A stretch of 64,000 nucleotides of DNA from Harriotta raleighana (lineage: Eukaryota): the NCBI GenBank assembly GCA_050575255.1, contig JBNZDD010013622.1:2510185-2574184 (forward strand). The letters run 5' to 3'. A model generated the notes under the pieces. It searched no databases and had not been told where the DNA came from. It saw nothing but the letters and a program-made list of their open reading frames with translations. Positions 24,185 to 37,925 of this stretch are shown here, piece after piece. Numbering within the stretch: the stretch's first letter is position 1; every line of letters begins with the position of its first letter. Made by a program: the position numbers and the translations under genes.

Positions 24185-25040
24185 GATACAGAGAGAGAGG
24201 GAGACACAGAGAGAAAGAGACACAGACAGAGGAGAGATAGAGAGAGAGACAGAGAGACACAGACAGAGAGAGGAGAGACAGAGAGAGGGAGAGATAGAGA
24301 GACACAGACAGAGAGAGGAGAGACAGAGAGAGGGAGAGATAGAGAGAGAGACAGAGAGACACAGACAGAGGAGAGATGGAGAGAGACGCAGAGANNNNNN
24401 NNNNNNNNNNNNNNNNNNNNNNNNNNNNNNNNNNNNNNNNNNNNNNNNNNNNNNNNNNNNNNNNNNNNNNNNNNNNNNNNNNNNNNNNNNNNNNNNNNNN
24501 NNNNNNNNNNNNNNNNNNNNNNNNNNNNNNNNNNNNNNNNNNNNNNNNNNGAGACAGGGAAGAGGAGAGACAGAGAGAGAGATGCAGACTCTCTCTCTGA
24601 GTCTGTGTGACACAGACTCAGAGAGAGAGACTTGGAGAGACAGGGAGAGACAGAGAGGGACATGGAGAGAGATGGAGAGAGGAGAGGTAGAAACAGAGAC
24701 AGAGAGAGGAGAGACACAGATACAGAGAGAGGGACTTAGACAGAGAGAGGGAGAGACAGAGACAGAGAGAGGGACATAGAGAGAGATAGAGGAGAGATAG
24801 AAACAGAGACAGGGAGAGGAGAGACACAGATACAGAGAGATGGACTTAGACAGAAAGAGGGAGAGACAGAGACAGAGAGAGGGACATAGAGAGAGATAGA
24901 GAGAGGAGAGATAGAAACAGAGACAGGGAGAGGAGGGGCAGAGAGACAGAGAAAGGGACATAGAGACAGAGAGAGGAGAGAGAATGAAATAGAAAGAGAC
25001 ACAGATAGATAGACAAAGACAGGGGAGGGACAGAGAAACA
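24185..25040. repeat. GA/GACA-rich tandem repeat containing an assembly gap (N 24394-24550)
   Basis: Direct inspection. Confidence 0.9.
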
Positions 25041-25627
25041 AAGTTTAGTTTTGTTTTTAAAAACTATTTGATCAATTCATTGCCATCGAACAAATGGAAA
25101 TTCCTGCAAATTATTCTTATTAAATCTAAAACAAAAATCAGTCAACCTTTCGTGTTCAATGTTTAGGTGTTGGTGAAGGAAGGGTGATGGACCCAGGAGA
25201 TTGACTCAAGTTCATTATTATTAATGTGGGTTTAGCTGGTTAGACTCCAGCAGTTACCCCCAACACACACCCCCCTCTCACCCCTCCCAAAGCCTTGGCT
25301 CTGGCCAACTTGCGCCTAATACTCTCCGGAATTAAGTAAACGGGATGAGTCTCTCCGGGGAGAGAGCGAAACGGAGAGAGTCCAACCAACTATCTCTGGG
25401 ATTTCCATGTGCCTGGGATTCTCAGTTTGGTTTAACTCTGAATCCTAGTGATGGGTTTCAGTAAGTGTCAGACACCCGGCCGATCACAAAAAAAAGATCA
25501 TTCATTTCAAACACATTTGGGACTGGTCATTTATTTTGACCAGTGGCCTCGAGTTTGCAATGCAATGTCCTGGCCACCATTGACAAGTTTATCACTTTTT
25601 TTATTCCTCTCTCCCCATTCCCGTCAG

Positions 25628-25725
25628 ATCCTGGTGCACAATCTCCGAATCAGTGTTGGCGACGAAGGCAAACAAGGAAAGAGGAGAAGGGAGGAAAGAA
25701 GGAAGAGGGAAAATGGCCGCCAAAG
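25628..25725 (+). other. Candidate 98-nt exon (possibly a TMEM238L 3' UTR exon)
   Basis: Long polypyrimidine tract plus cAG, purine-rich body, donor aag|GTAATC. Confidence 0.4.
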
Positions 25726-26509
25726 GTAATCGATGTGGCTGCGTGGCAAAGATGTTAGGAGTTGGACAACAATAATAATAATCGTTCCGTTTGGCATAAC
25801 GCCTTTTCCGTTGCTGAGACATCTCAAAGCAATGCACAGGATATACTGCAAAGTGGAGAGACTGAATTTAATATGTGGTCGGTTGAAAGGCAATCCATTT
25901 CACTGCTTAAACACTTCCTGTTAATCCGACGGCAGACAACCTCTTAAAGAACTTTAACGCAAGCTTGGAACCTGGACAAACGCATTTGATTCTGGAAATG
26001 CCCATCGGAGGGAGAGAGAGAGAGAGAGAGAGAGAGGGCAAAAAAAAAGACATTTGAAAAGTCATTGAAAACTTCTGCAATTTGGAGGCTGCGAGTCAAA
26101 AACAGGAAAAGGGAATAACTGTCTCAATACCAGAATGAATTGAGGGTTTTAATTTCAGGGAAAAGACAAAACTGTGATTTTTTTAATATATCTTTTTTAT
26201 GATAAATGTAGCAAATGAAAGTTTGAAGATAAGTGCAATAACTCTCAGTTAGAACTCGCTGCCGAATGCTCACAAGAGATTTCAAACAAAATGAGTTTAA
26301 AATAGATTCACATCAAGCATATAATTTTCATTGTCAAACGCAAGGGAAGTTTAGTAGGTATATATGTATATACGTGGGACTCTCACTCTGGTTTGGATAC
26401 TTTAAAGCAGTGACGGGTTTCAGTAAGTGTCAGGCACTGACACTGAACCAAAAAATATCTAATTATATTTCACATCTGGAGGACAAAAAAAAGGAAAAGA
26501 ATACCTAAT

Positions 26510-26690
26510 AGTAATAATAATAATAATCCTTGCATTTGATAGAGTGCCTTATCAGTTACGAAGACATTTGAAAGCACTTCATAGAATATACTGTAATGGG
26601 TAATGGCAGTGTATTTTGCGGGCAAAACACAGCAGCCAATTGCGCACAGCAGTGTCCCACAAACAGTTGTGGATTGAGTGATCAAATTAT
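26510..26690 (-). mobile_element. SINE 3' half
   Basis: Reverse complement of the family tail. Confidence 0.8.
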
Positions 26691-28244
26691 TCTCTATTTG
26701 ACAAAAAAAAGGATTCTGTGATATGTAAGAGATTAACACAGTTAATTTGTTACAGGTTTAATATTTTCAATGTCACATGAAGGGGAGGGAGGGGGGGCAG
26801 AGTGGGGTGAAGAGGAGAAAACCTTACTTTTTCCTCTTAGTTGAGAGCAAAGATCTAAAAGCTGACGGCTCCAGCACGGTGAAAGTCTAATTTTTTATTA
26901 TCCCATTGAAATACTACCTGCACTTGCCCACGGCAGGTCAGCCACACACCTGTGCAGGTAGAGAGACTATCAGATCTACATGTCGACATGTTTCCGCAGC
27001 TATTTTTCTCGTGTTTGTGGACAATGGCTCACAGTCCTCAGTGGATGTAATTTCACTTTCCCTTTTATTATTGAAAATAAACAATGAAGTGGGGTAAAAA
27101 GTCTGGAATCGGGTGGCAATTCCTTTCCTCCTGTGTTATTTGTGCCCCGTTCGCTCAGGGCATTGCTGGTGGATGCTCGCTGGCCTTTTCCGTGAGGAAG
27201 CCGTTCGTTTAGGCGTTGTTACCAGTGAAAGATGCACTCCTCAAGCCTCACTCTGCTGGTAACATCAAGGTAAAGTAGGTGCTGTGAGCTCTATCACTGC
27301 TCACTCTGCCAACAATACAATTGCAGTACAATTTACATGCCATTTCATGTCAGGAGGCCCTCTGGAGCTCTGCACTGGAAAAATAGCAGAGTGTGGTGAC
27401 TGCACGCTTCATAGGCAAACATGGCTGTCAATTAGGGTACGCCTTTGTCTTGCAAACAAGCAGGAAGTGAATGACCCGATGTCACTGCCTTGCGAGTGGG
27501 TGTGCGAGTGCATTTCAGGACTTGAAAAACAAGTTTGGGTCTCAGAAACCTCGCATGGGTTTACTTGCTGCAGGTGTTTCTTCATTGCTGCAGGTGCCAA
27601 AACACATTCACGTGGTAAACAGGAGGGGATTCCAAGGCCCCAAGGCCCCAAATCCCCAGCGACACCATCTCTGAACGGCTAGGATCTTGAGAATGTCTTC
27701 AATTCAGGTTAAATGCAAAAGTCTCTCAACTTCCGCAAGCTCATTTGAAATTGAGACCAAAAGAGGATGTGAATTTTTGAAAGTTTCACGTAACAAGGAT
27801 AAGGATCTGAGCCTAAGAGGAGCGAGTGGGGAATGTTTACAACAGGCTCTGGAGGGTACCAGAAAGTGTTAATTCTTTTAAAAGCAAATGAGATAGAAAC
27901 TGGAAACTAAGCACAAAACTGGATGAAGGGCGCTGTATAAATGCAGGTTGTTTACAAGGCGAGCATCTAGTCAAGTTATTCGAATGACATCACAACCTAC
28001 TTCAGAAAATCCCAAATGGATTGCAATAAACAACTGAGTGACTCCCCCTACTCCCAACCTTTACAGTCTCCAAATCCTCATTATTTATAAATAGGGTTGA
28101 TTTTGTGCCATGTTTCATTCATGTACAATGTGCCGTGTGTGATCTATCTATAAATACAATTACTATCTGCCTTGTGTAAGCCACATATAAATTCTGTGCT
28201 AGATGTAAACTGTGTGTAAATACAATGGAAAATTATATTTGTAT

Positions 28245-28575
28245 CGCCTCTCACGTCAAGAGCACGTCCCAAAGCGCTGAATACAACTGTGTTGTGCACC
28301 ATTTTTAAACCATGTATAAATACGGGGGGTGGGGACAGGGGAAGGTGGCTGAAAATACAGTCAAAGTTTGGAATCCAAGACTTGCAATGCCCTTTAGATA
28401 TTGGAAGGCCTGACATGAATCCAGATTGTACTGTATTGCAATGGACTTGAGGTAGGGTTTGAAAGTGGGGAGGGAGGGATGGGGTTGGGATAGTGGGAGG
28501 GAGGAGGGAGGAGACAAGGCAAAGTGATTCCACAGAGGATGGAGTTCCAGAGAGCAGAAGCAGAATGGCTGAAAC
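28245..28575 (-). mobile_element. L2 3' fragments
   Basis: cacgtcaagagcacgtcccaaagcgctg tail and ggagttccagagagc. Confidence 0.6.
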
Positions 28576-28899
28576 TAGTATGTTGGTGGGGTCAGAGAGG
28601 ACAGGGCTGTGACCTGATTTAAATCAATTTAAATTAGGCTCAGAAATTTTAAAACATTTAAATGCAAATAACCCTACAGGAGTGAGCAAGGAATATTAAT
28701 AGTGAAGAGATGATATTAAATACTCCCCAAAATTATTTGGTTTCCATCAACAAAAGAATATTACAGTGTTTTGTTAAGATTCTTGTCAATATCTAATCAC
28801 TTTCTCTCTTCTGCACCATTTTACATCATTTTTAACCAGAATCACAGACTCTGTACATGTAAAACCACAGTCACTGAACAGAAGCCATGGTCCATCCTA

Positions 28900-29370
28900 T
28901 CCCCCACACTCACACGCCTCATACACACTCACACACACGGACACATCACACACCATCCCGCACATACACATACTCAAATCACACACATACATCACACTCG
29001 CCCCAACACATACACAAACATATACTTACACACAAACATACACACTTCCCAACACACACAGACATCTCACCCATACATACACACCCCACACACACACTCA
29101 TATACACTCACACACCATCCCCCAAACACACACACACAGATGCATCATATATACATACTCACATCACACACACCTCCCACACATACACTCAGACACATCC
29201 CATACACATACACTCTCCCATCCACACACACCCCACACACATACACTCAAACACACACACACATTCTCACATACACATCACACCCCCCTCCCCCCACCAC
29301 CACCACACACACACACTCTTCCCACCCCCATACCCCCACACACCCCCCACCCCGTACGCACACATCACAT
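28900..29370. repeat. Degenerate (CA)n tract
   Basis: Direct inspection. Confidence 0.85.
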
Positions 29371-30314
29371 CAAAGGAGCAACTCAATACATAGAAAGAGT
29401 ATCACGTTTCTTCATAGTGATTAATGTACCACTCAGCCTTCCGTCACAGAACATTCTTGAAACTTGATGATGGTCTTTCAGGAAACAAGCGAAGAAGAAC
29501 AATTCCTGCTCTGGCCTGGAGCACAGAAAGCCTGAATGGGGGAATTCCACCTGTCCAATTGACAGGAGATAACATTTTGTGTTACTATTTTAGCCTTCAC
29601 TGCACCCGGGTGGTTTGACACCCCATCAGTTCCTAGTAACCAGGTTCGCTGACCTTAACTGGGTTACAATTTAGCTCGATGATTCATGGCTTGGGTTCAC
29701 AAACAGGTGGCCATCAGCACATTCGCCCACAAATATACAGTCAATTCACTTTACAGTGTAGAGCCATATCAAATGGAAAGATTATTATTATTATTTTCCT
29801 TAATTGTTATTTTATTATTGTGTCTGTGTCGATGCTCCTGTTTAAAATCACCTCTTTCTATCAGTCCCACTTTCTGACTGTCACTTCCAGATTCTCTTTT
29901 TTTCTCCTCAATCAAGAGTTTGTTCAGTTCCCAATCGAATGGTTCATCGATTCAATCCTCAAAGGCACCACACTATGGGAATTAATTCCAACCCTCAGAG
30001 TGAAGAGGTTCCCTTTAACTGAAGTAAAAAGTACAATCTCGACCATTTCTCTTCATATGTATATTGTCTCAGCCAGATAACGTCCCAGTGAACCAGCATA
30101 GTATCCTGGCCATGCTTATAACAGCCTTCCTGTAAACATGGCATTGCTGTAACATCCTAATAAATTGGATGTATAAACATCTCGCATTTCCTTTATCTGC
30201 TTACCAAAACGTCGTGAGTTTGCTGCTTTCCTTTTCCCCAACTCAACCACCAGCAGAAATAAACATTCACACTGTCCCCTCTCAAATCTTCCATTTATTT
30301 TGAACTATTGGATC

Positions 30315-30357
30315 TCCTCCCAGCAAGTTGGGATGTCCTCCCAACTTGCTGGGAGGA
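30315..30357. repeat. Perfect inverted repeat, 19-bp arms with 5-nt loop
   Basis: tcctcccagcaagttggga-tgtcc-tcccaacttgctgggagga. Confidence 0.95.
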
Positions 30358-32339
30358 ATTTGGTCACATCAACCCACAGCTGTTTGTGGGACACTGTTGT
30401 GCACAATTGGCTGCCGGGTTTTGCACAAAAACTATACAGACAATGTTATGAGCAAATAAGAAAATAGGAAATGTTAAATAAAACGTGTCATTCAAATCGA
30501 TGTTGTGTTGCCATGGTGAGGAAAAGACATATTTGTTTGGGGATCAAGGTGCAAATGCAGTTCGTATTTAAATAGTCAGTCCACGGTTTACCTAGTCACG
30601 TGAAAACTACAGATGTAATTCTACCTGCAAAATCAGAGCAGCTACAGCCAATATTACCGCACGGAAAGTTGTTTGTTTGCCGTTGAAAAGTGAGTCTGTA
30701 ACAGCCCAGATATGATGGCCTTCTGTTCTGTAAACTCTCTGTGATTCTTTCCTGCAGGTGATGCACAAAACGGAACGTTTGAACAGCAGGTTTATGTAGA
30801 AAGATGAGCTATTGATTTTTCATGTCACACAACACAGCCCATGCAGGCTAAGTGCAAGCAATGAAATATTAATAAAAGTGATTGGCTCAGTGGTCATCGC
30901 TCTAGCTTCAGGGTCAGAAGGTCAAGGTCCACGTTAACACTTTGGGATGTTCTCCTGACTTGAGATAAATCTAATTTTGTTGTTGTTGTTGTTTGGGCCT
31001 AGGCTGATTAGGCACATTGTTGGAGGATCCGTTCTATACCAAGGTTCTTCCTTCCTGGATGTTAAAGATGATATTGACGCTATTTGGGAGAACAAATCAA
31101 CATCCCCCAAAATAAAATTGCTCATTCACTCCATGGTTTGCGAGACATTGCTGTGTGCAAACTAATCGCTGTGTCTGTATCCACCTAAATTTACAGTAAC
31201 TACAAACGACAACAATTATCTGTGAATTGCTTTGACATATTTCAACATAGTTGGCACTCTATCAAATACTGTACAACAATTATTCAAAATAGATCAACAT
31301 TAAATTGAGACCAAATACCAAACCTACAATAAACCAGATTGTCTCAATTAGTTATTTTTAAGCGTGAAGACCGAAGACAAATGTGCCTGGTATAAAGTTC
31401 CACACACAGCGAGGTCCCAATCAATCCATTTTACTTTAGATTTGAACAAGGATGGAATATTAGGTCAGGACACTGAAAAGTGCCACGTGATTTTTATATC
31501 AATCGAATGGGACCGGCTTGACGTCACAAGGAAAGGTTGCCCCATCCTGAGCATTGAGCAATGTCAGCCTGGAGAACAAGCTCAGTGTTTCTGAGCTGCA
31601 CCCAAAGGTATCACCCAAAGGTCAGACTGCTATCACCTGAGCCAAATCAACATTTGACTGGGTTGTTGGGTGCAGTATATTCATAAACACCTTTGAAAGA
31701 TCAAACTCCTTGGCATGATGTTGTAATCTCTTTCAATCTAAACAAATATAATGGGCACAATATAATGATGCTTTTTCAACCCCACACCCCCTCCCATACC
31801 CCCACCCACCCCCTACACCAACATGTCAGAAGAACACAGGATGTCAGAGGTCATGGAAATCTGGTTGGTTTGAAAAGTTAAAAGGAAAAACAGTTGTAAA
31901 TGTGCTGTAAGGATTAATAATTAATACCGACATCCTGCCGATACTGTGTGTGATAAAGAATTGCTCTAAAAATATGATGTCTCGGTTGTTCACAAGATAG
32001 GTTCACTGATTCAGAAATTATGGTCATTTATTTAACAACCCATTTGTACAGCTGAAAGCGAAGCCACAGAGAGAGGGGGTCAGTGTTTCCTGCTATTAAA
32101 TCATCTCTTGAGGGCTGAACACAGCTCTATATGCCTCCATTGTCTGACTAACACTTGAAAACCAGCAACAGGCTGGAAAGAGATGGTTATGGGTGAGGAG
32201 AGAATATGGAATTAACGACGATTTGACCAAAACTGAAGTGATTAGTGGTGAAAAAATATATGGTACCAGAAGGAGGCCATTTACCCTACGAAGTCTGGTC
32301 CACTCTTTTGTTAGATCAAAACAGATCATTGTCCCTGCC

Positions 32340-32635
32340 ATGCAATTACTGGAGATGCCATCTTGCAAGTAAGGCATTCATCTGAAGTCCCACCTGCCTT
32401 TTTAGGTGGACATTAAAGTTCCCAGGGCCCTACACAAAAAGAGAAGAGAGTTTGTCCATGTATTCTGGCCAGCAATCTCCCAGATTTAAAAAAATAGTCA
32501 TTGACTTCATGTCTATGTGAAGATTGCCTGCAGCGTTTGTCCACAAAATGCCCACCACTTTACAATAAACCCTGCAAAGTCTTTTGAGGCATCCCAACTG
32601 ATTTGAAAAGTGCTTATATCAAAATGCATGGATTA
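32340..32635 (+). mobile_element. Old Deu-domain SINE
   Basis: ctgcctttttaggtggacattaaagttcccagggc..agaagagag..tattctggcca. Confidence 0.6.
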
Positions 32636-32649
32636 TTTTATGTTAATAA

Positions 32650-32955
32650 AGTGGAGTCATGTTGCTCATGTTACTCGCCTTACAAGCATGAGATCTGTGT
32701 TTCGAATCCAGGCAGGTCAGGGCGAAGTCTTGGGCAAGTTTCCTCATGCCACATGCCTAATAATAATCTGTCCAAAAAAACCTATAATAAATTGGTCATT
32801 TCAATCCACGACTTTTTGTGGGACACACCTGTGTGCAATTGGCTACCATGCAAATATATAGTCAATTCACTTTCCAGTATATTCTGTGAAGCGCTTTGAG
32901 ACATCTAGAAGACGTGAAAAGTGCTATAACAAATGCAAGAATATTATTATTACTG
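32650..32955 (+). mobile_element. Full-length SINE
   Basis: Family head, body and tail. Confidence 0.9.
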
Positions 32956-33113
32956 TTATATAAATCTTTATTTTCAATGTAAGCGCAATGACCGGAAATA
33001 CAAAGATACAAGTGCTTTGGCAACACACACAGATAAAGATGACAATTGAAGGTGGAATATGTGAATCAAGCTCCCCTCAATGCCTAATTGATAAACAGCA
33101 GCCTGGCTTGTAC

Positions 33114-33270
33114 ACAACAACAACAACAACAACAAAATTACATTTATAGAGCGCGTTTCACGTCAGGAGGACGTCCCAAGGCGCTGGACAGATGATTTAA
33201 GACCCGAGCAGGGGGAAATGTTCGGGGCGAGGGGGGAGGGGGAGGGTGGGAGCAAGGAGGAGGTAGAGAG
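33114..33270 (-). mobile_element. L2 3' tail
   Basis: (caa)n aattacatttatagagcgc..cacgtcaggaggacgtcccaaggcgctg. Confidence 0.85.
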
Positions 33271-35019
33271 TCGAGAAGGCAACCAACATGCCACCATTGG
33301 AAAGATTTCTGTCCTGACTGTGACCCAAAGATCTCTTGCTGGAAAGTGGATGTTGGAAGACAATCAGATTTAGATTTTTCAGGACAACGTCACCTTAACT
33401 CTGGGATGCTCTTCATGTGAGGGGCACTATATAAATGCAAGTTGTTAATCAACATTATGACCTAGCTGAAAAGTCACTCAGTTGTTTCCAACTCAATCAA
33501 AAATCTCTCATCCAGACATAACTTAATAATAATTATTCTTATTATTACTTTAGTTCACTGTTGAGTTTCATTCGGAGCTGAGAGCAGAAAAATGCTTCTT
33601 AGAACCTATTCAATGATAATAATTGATCATAATCATTCTCTGGTCTAAAATATTGTTTTATTTTTCAAATATGTCTTAAAATTAGAACAAAGGATGCTTG
33701 TAAATGAATTCCTAAAACCTGCTATTTACAATGCATTTAATTGATTAATTTTTTTCCCCACAAATATACAATCAATTCACTTTACAGTATATTCTGTGAA
33801 GTGCTTTGAGATGTCTAGAAAACGTGAAAAGTGCAATATCAATTGCAAGGAGTATTATTAATACAACATTTATATTTATTTTATTATTTCTCAAAGAAAA
33901 CAATTCCTTTGCTCAGAGCTGTGTAAATTTAACTTCCAATTCCAACTGCATTGGAGCAAATTACATTTCTGTTCAGACCATTAGGCTCCAATTCATGTGA
34001 AATTCCATCTCTGATAATCTCTGATAACAGAAGCCAAGTAGATCAAGCCTGAGTTGGGAGCGCTTGTCAGCAAAGTTAAATCTAATTCAACACTTTGAAA
34101 TTCATTCAGTCTGATTCTCTGCCTTAGCCAGCACTAAATGTGGGGTGAGGTTTCTACTCAAATGTTATTGATGGGAATTGTTCTTCTCAGCACAGCTACA
34201 GAAGCTGGTCATAAGCCTTCAGAAACCGAGGAAACTTTTGAAACTCTGAGGTAGCTCAAGGCACTGGTGATGGGTGACTATCAGGCACTCCCGGCTGCAT
34301 AAGTATGAGGAAAAACACAACCAATTTATTATCAGTATGGTGGATATATGTATAAGAAAAATCAGAAAAGGATTTCAATCTGCAACCTCTATACTCCACT
34401 GGAGTAATGCCTTTACCCACCAGATCTTTAACATCCATGTGAAGGAATTACTGGGAAGGAACAGAACAACACTTTGCATATTCTGCTAAATTATGATCGA
34501 TGAGCTGGCCGCTCTGAGAAGCTCCTGAGAAGTGCTGTAAGAGAATATTACATACATCGTAGCTCACAAGCCAATCTGTTACTGACAGGGAGGCTTTCCA
34601 ATAACTGGGTATACATCAAACCAAGCTTATGGGACTCCAGTGATCTGTAGCTGTCACTTCTGAGCAGAGATCCTCAAGCCAATCTGGAAGCATTAACATT
34701 ATTCCCACAACCTCCTGGAAGGGATGCAAGTTATGAATCTTGTTACATGTCACCTTTTGGACTCCATAGAAATCATTACTTAAACATCAAATTAAATCTT
34801 ATTAAATCTGAAACCATTTAGCCATGCAGAATTGCTATTAAGGCTAATTAAGGCTACAGCATTATTGATTCAGCGCAAAGAATGATTTCATTTATAATGG
34901 ATTGTTATTTCATGGCTTATTCCAGCTTGGTTAACCTCGGCTGTGAATGAGTCCAATGTTTCATTCGGGTCAATTTTGCCCCAAAAAAGCAAAATAGATT
35001 ACTTCCCAGCAAGAAATTT

Positions 35020-35450
35020 GCAAGGATATGGTGAAAGAGCGAAGGAGTAAGGCTGATTGTTTAGCTCTTCCAAAGAACTGGCACAGGCACAATAGGTCGA
35101 ATGGCCTCCTTTGGTGCTGTAATATTCTATGACATGTTCTCTGCTATTGGAAAATAACGATTTCCATGTTTGCTAAAAGGAATGTAAGGTTGGAGAAAAT
35201 GAGAAGCAGTTATTTGTCCCAACCAGCTCGCTTTAGTAGGAAATAGATTTCGAGAGAGGAAATCCAGAAGCCTTAGGACAAGAAGGCAAAACCTGAAGGT
35301 CATATTTGAATAGCCACCAACCAACAACTGTTTCTTTACCCAGAGAGGAATAGACAGGAGTTACCAGGAAGTTTGTTTGAGGTCAGGACATGAGACATAT
35401 TTAAGAAACAGCTCAACGCTCTCATGGGACAATGTTAGAGCTATTATTCT
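35020..35450 (+). mobile_element. CR1 3' fragments
   Basis: ggcacaggcacaataggtcgaatggcctcct..gtgctgtaatattctatga is a CR1-type tail. Confidence 0.65.
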
Positions 35451-36901
35451 ACAAGGATAAGATTAGAAATTGGCTTTGCATCAAACCTTTCCTTGTGTCT
35501 GGTGAAGCCTGTTTACTGGATCTCATTTTATGATTGGTCATTTACATGCTTTCTAAATATGGGAAAATTTGTATTCTTCTGAATTTGCCCAGTTCAGAAA
35601 CATTCTCCACCTCCCCCGCCCCACCCCAGAAAGATCTCCTCTTCATTTCAGTTCATTATAACAACCAATAATTCTTATATGTTTCCCTTTTCTCAGATAC
35701 AAAAACCTGATATGCAGGAGGCTAAATATTTAATGTGCAGATTCAGCCCAATTGGAAGTCAGTGAATTTTTGAAATCAAGAATTTCACCTGTGAGAAGAA
35801 AGTAAAAAATTCACAAAATTAATTATTAATAAATGACCAGTACAGATTCTATAGACCAATTGATCTGTTTCAGTGCTTTGTGTGATAATTCTATGATAAT
35901 CTACTACTACTGTAATAACATTTCTTGCATTTGATACAGAGCCTTGACATGTCATTGAGACGTCTCAAAGTGCTTTACGGGATATACTGTAAAGTGTAGT
36001 GACTGTGTATTTGTGTTGTGGCACTACTGCTAATGATGATAAACCATAATCCTTACATGTGACACCAGGAGAACATCTCACGGGATATTACTGTGGAATA
36101 TAGTGACTGCATTTTGTAAGTATATGTGACTGCTATTTTGCTGCAAGGAGATGCCCTGAAACAACCATGAAGTGAATAAAAGAATAATCTCGATGGATGG
36201 ATGAATGGATGGACACGTTTCTGTTTTCCAATGGCGCTTTGGTATCTTTCCCATCCCTTTGTATGACAGGTACCTGGTTCTAGAAACTTCATTTAATATT
36301 TCCTACAAAGGAAAGCACCTCATGTAAAGCAAGGCTTCCCCCTGATGTCTAACCATCATCTTAAGCCCCTTCATACGGTTTGACGCAGACAAGCTCCCGA
36401 CTCAAAGGAAAGAGTGTGTTTCCGACTGCCACAAACTCACAATAAGCTTCAGATATAAAGGTTATATTTGTCCACACACACCCACACACTCTCTCTCTCT
36501 CCCTCTTTCTGCCGCCAATCAGATTTATTCAGTGTCACAGACAGAAAAGTGACTTTCTCCCTGAGATGGCTCTGCTTTTCCAGGCACCAGAGTATCTCTG
36601 GGGGGTAAAGACTGAAAGCTTTAGTTAATTCAAAAGGGCCATTACGTTCACTGTAAAATCAACCTTTCACGCAACATTACCTCTGTCTGAAAGCTCTAAT
36701 AGTGTAAGCCATCAAATGCTTTTAAATACATTTCCGTTGAAGCTCATCGCTAAGTAATTATTACCTCATTTTTTTTTGCAACTGACGGTTCTATTTGTGC
36801 AGCAGAAAATAGTGGTTCACACTTTCTTAAGCCCTTAATTGAGATGGTGTATAATTATATTTGGGTGGAATGTTTGCTCCACTATTTTTCAGCAGTTAGT
36901 T

Positions 36902-37203
36902 ATAATAATAATCCTTGCATTTGATACATCTTATCGACATCTCAAAGCGCTTTACAGAATATACTGTAAAGTGAATTGACTGTATATTTGTGGGCGAAAC
37001 GCGGCAGCCAATTGCGAACAGCAGTGTCCCATAAACAATCGTGGATTGAAATGACCTATTTTTATTATTGTGGGTTTTTTGGAGGGATTATTATTAGGTG
37101 TGTGGAGTGAGGAAACTTGCCCAGGGTTTCGCCCTGATCTGCTTGGATTCGAACACAGGTCTCACGCTTGTAAGGTGAGTGTTCCAACCACTAAACTACA
37201 GGA
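36902..37203 (-). mobile_element. Full-length young SINE
   Basis: Reverse complement of the consensus from head to tail. Confidence 0.92.
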
Positions 37204-37499
37204 GCTGATAGGACAGTAGCACACATTAAAATAAAAACTAAAATAATACCTTAAAAATGATGAGGAAAATATATTTCACTGGTTTAGGGCATCAATTTAA
37301 CATCATTAACAAAGGGTCAGATTGTGAGCATTTTTAGGGGAAAGGCACTTAAATGGGATTGAATGACAGACACAAAGGCACAAAAAACGTACAGATAGTT
37401 TGTCCTTTACTGTTTACTTATCCATCATGGAATATCCGCAATTCCAAATCCTGATCCCTATCCGAAGTTGAGAATATTATATCGACATGATGGGCTGTC

Positions 37500-37925
37500 T
37501 ATGTGTGTGTCTTTCTGCCTGTGTGTATCTCTGCCTCTCTGTATTTGTTTGTGTGTGTGTCTCTGCCTCTCTTTCTCTCTCTGTATATGTGTGCGTCTGC
37601 CTCTCTAGCTCTGTATATTTGTGTACGTGTGTGTNGTGTGTCTCTGCCTCTCTGTATTTGTTTGTGTGTGTGTCTCTGCCTCTCTTTCTCTCTCTGTATA
37701 TGTGTGCGTCTGCCTCTCTAGCTCTGTATATTTGTGTACGTGTGTGTGTCTCTGCTGTGTGTGTGTCTGTCTCTCTCTCTGCCTGTCTGTCAGTGTATTT
37801 GTGTATGTCACTCTCTGCCTGTCTATCTATGTGTGTATATCTGTGCCTCTCTGTGAGTACAATATTTGTATGTGTGCATCTCTGCCTCTCTATCTCTGTG
37901 TGTATGTATGTGTGTGTGCGTCTCT
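37500..37925. repeat. CT/GT tandem repeat with a duplicated block across N at 37635
   Basis: Direct inspection. Confidence 0.85.

Noticed and set aside
24086-25041. Long ORFs (also at 5879-6269, 12281-12909, 28771-29424, 37487-38017)
   Set aside because: Translations of microsatellites and N gaps
34190-34800. Repeat-free, coding-looking stretch
   Set aside because: Stops in all frames I read and no recognisable family; it might be a decayed gene or lncRNA exon but is unsupported
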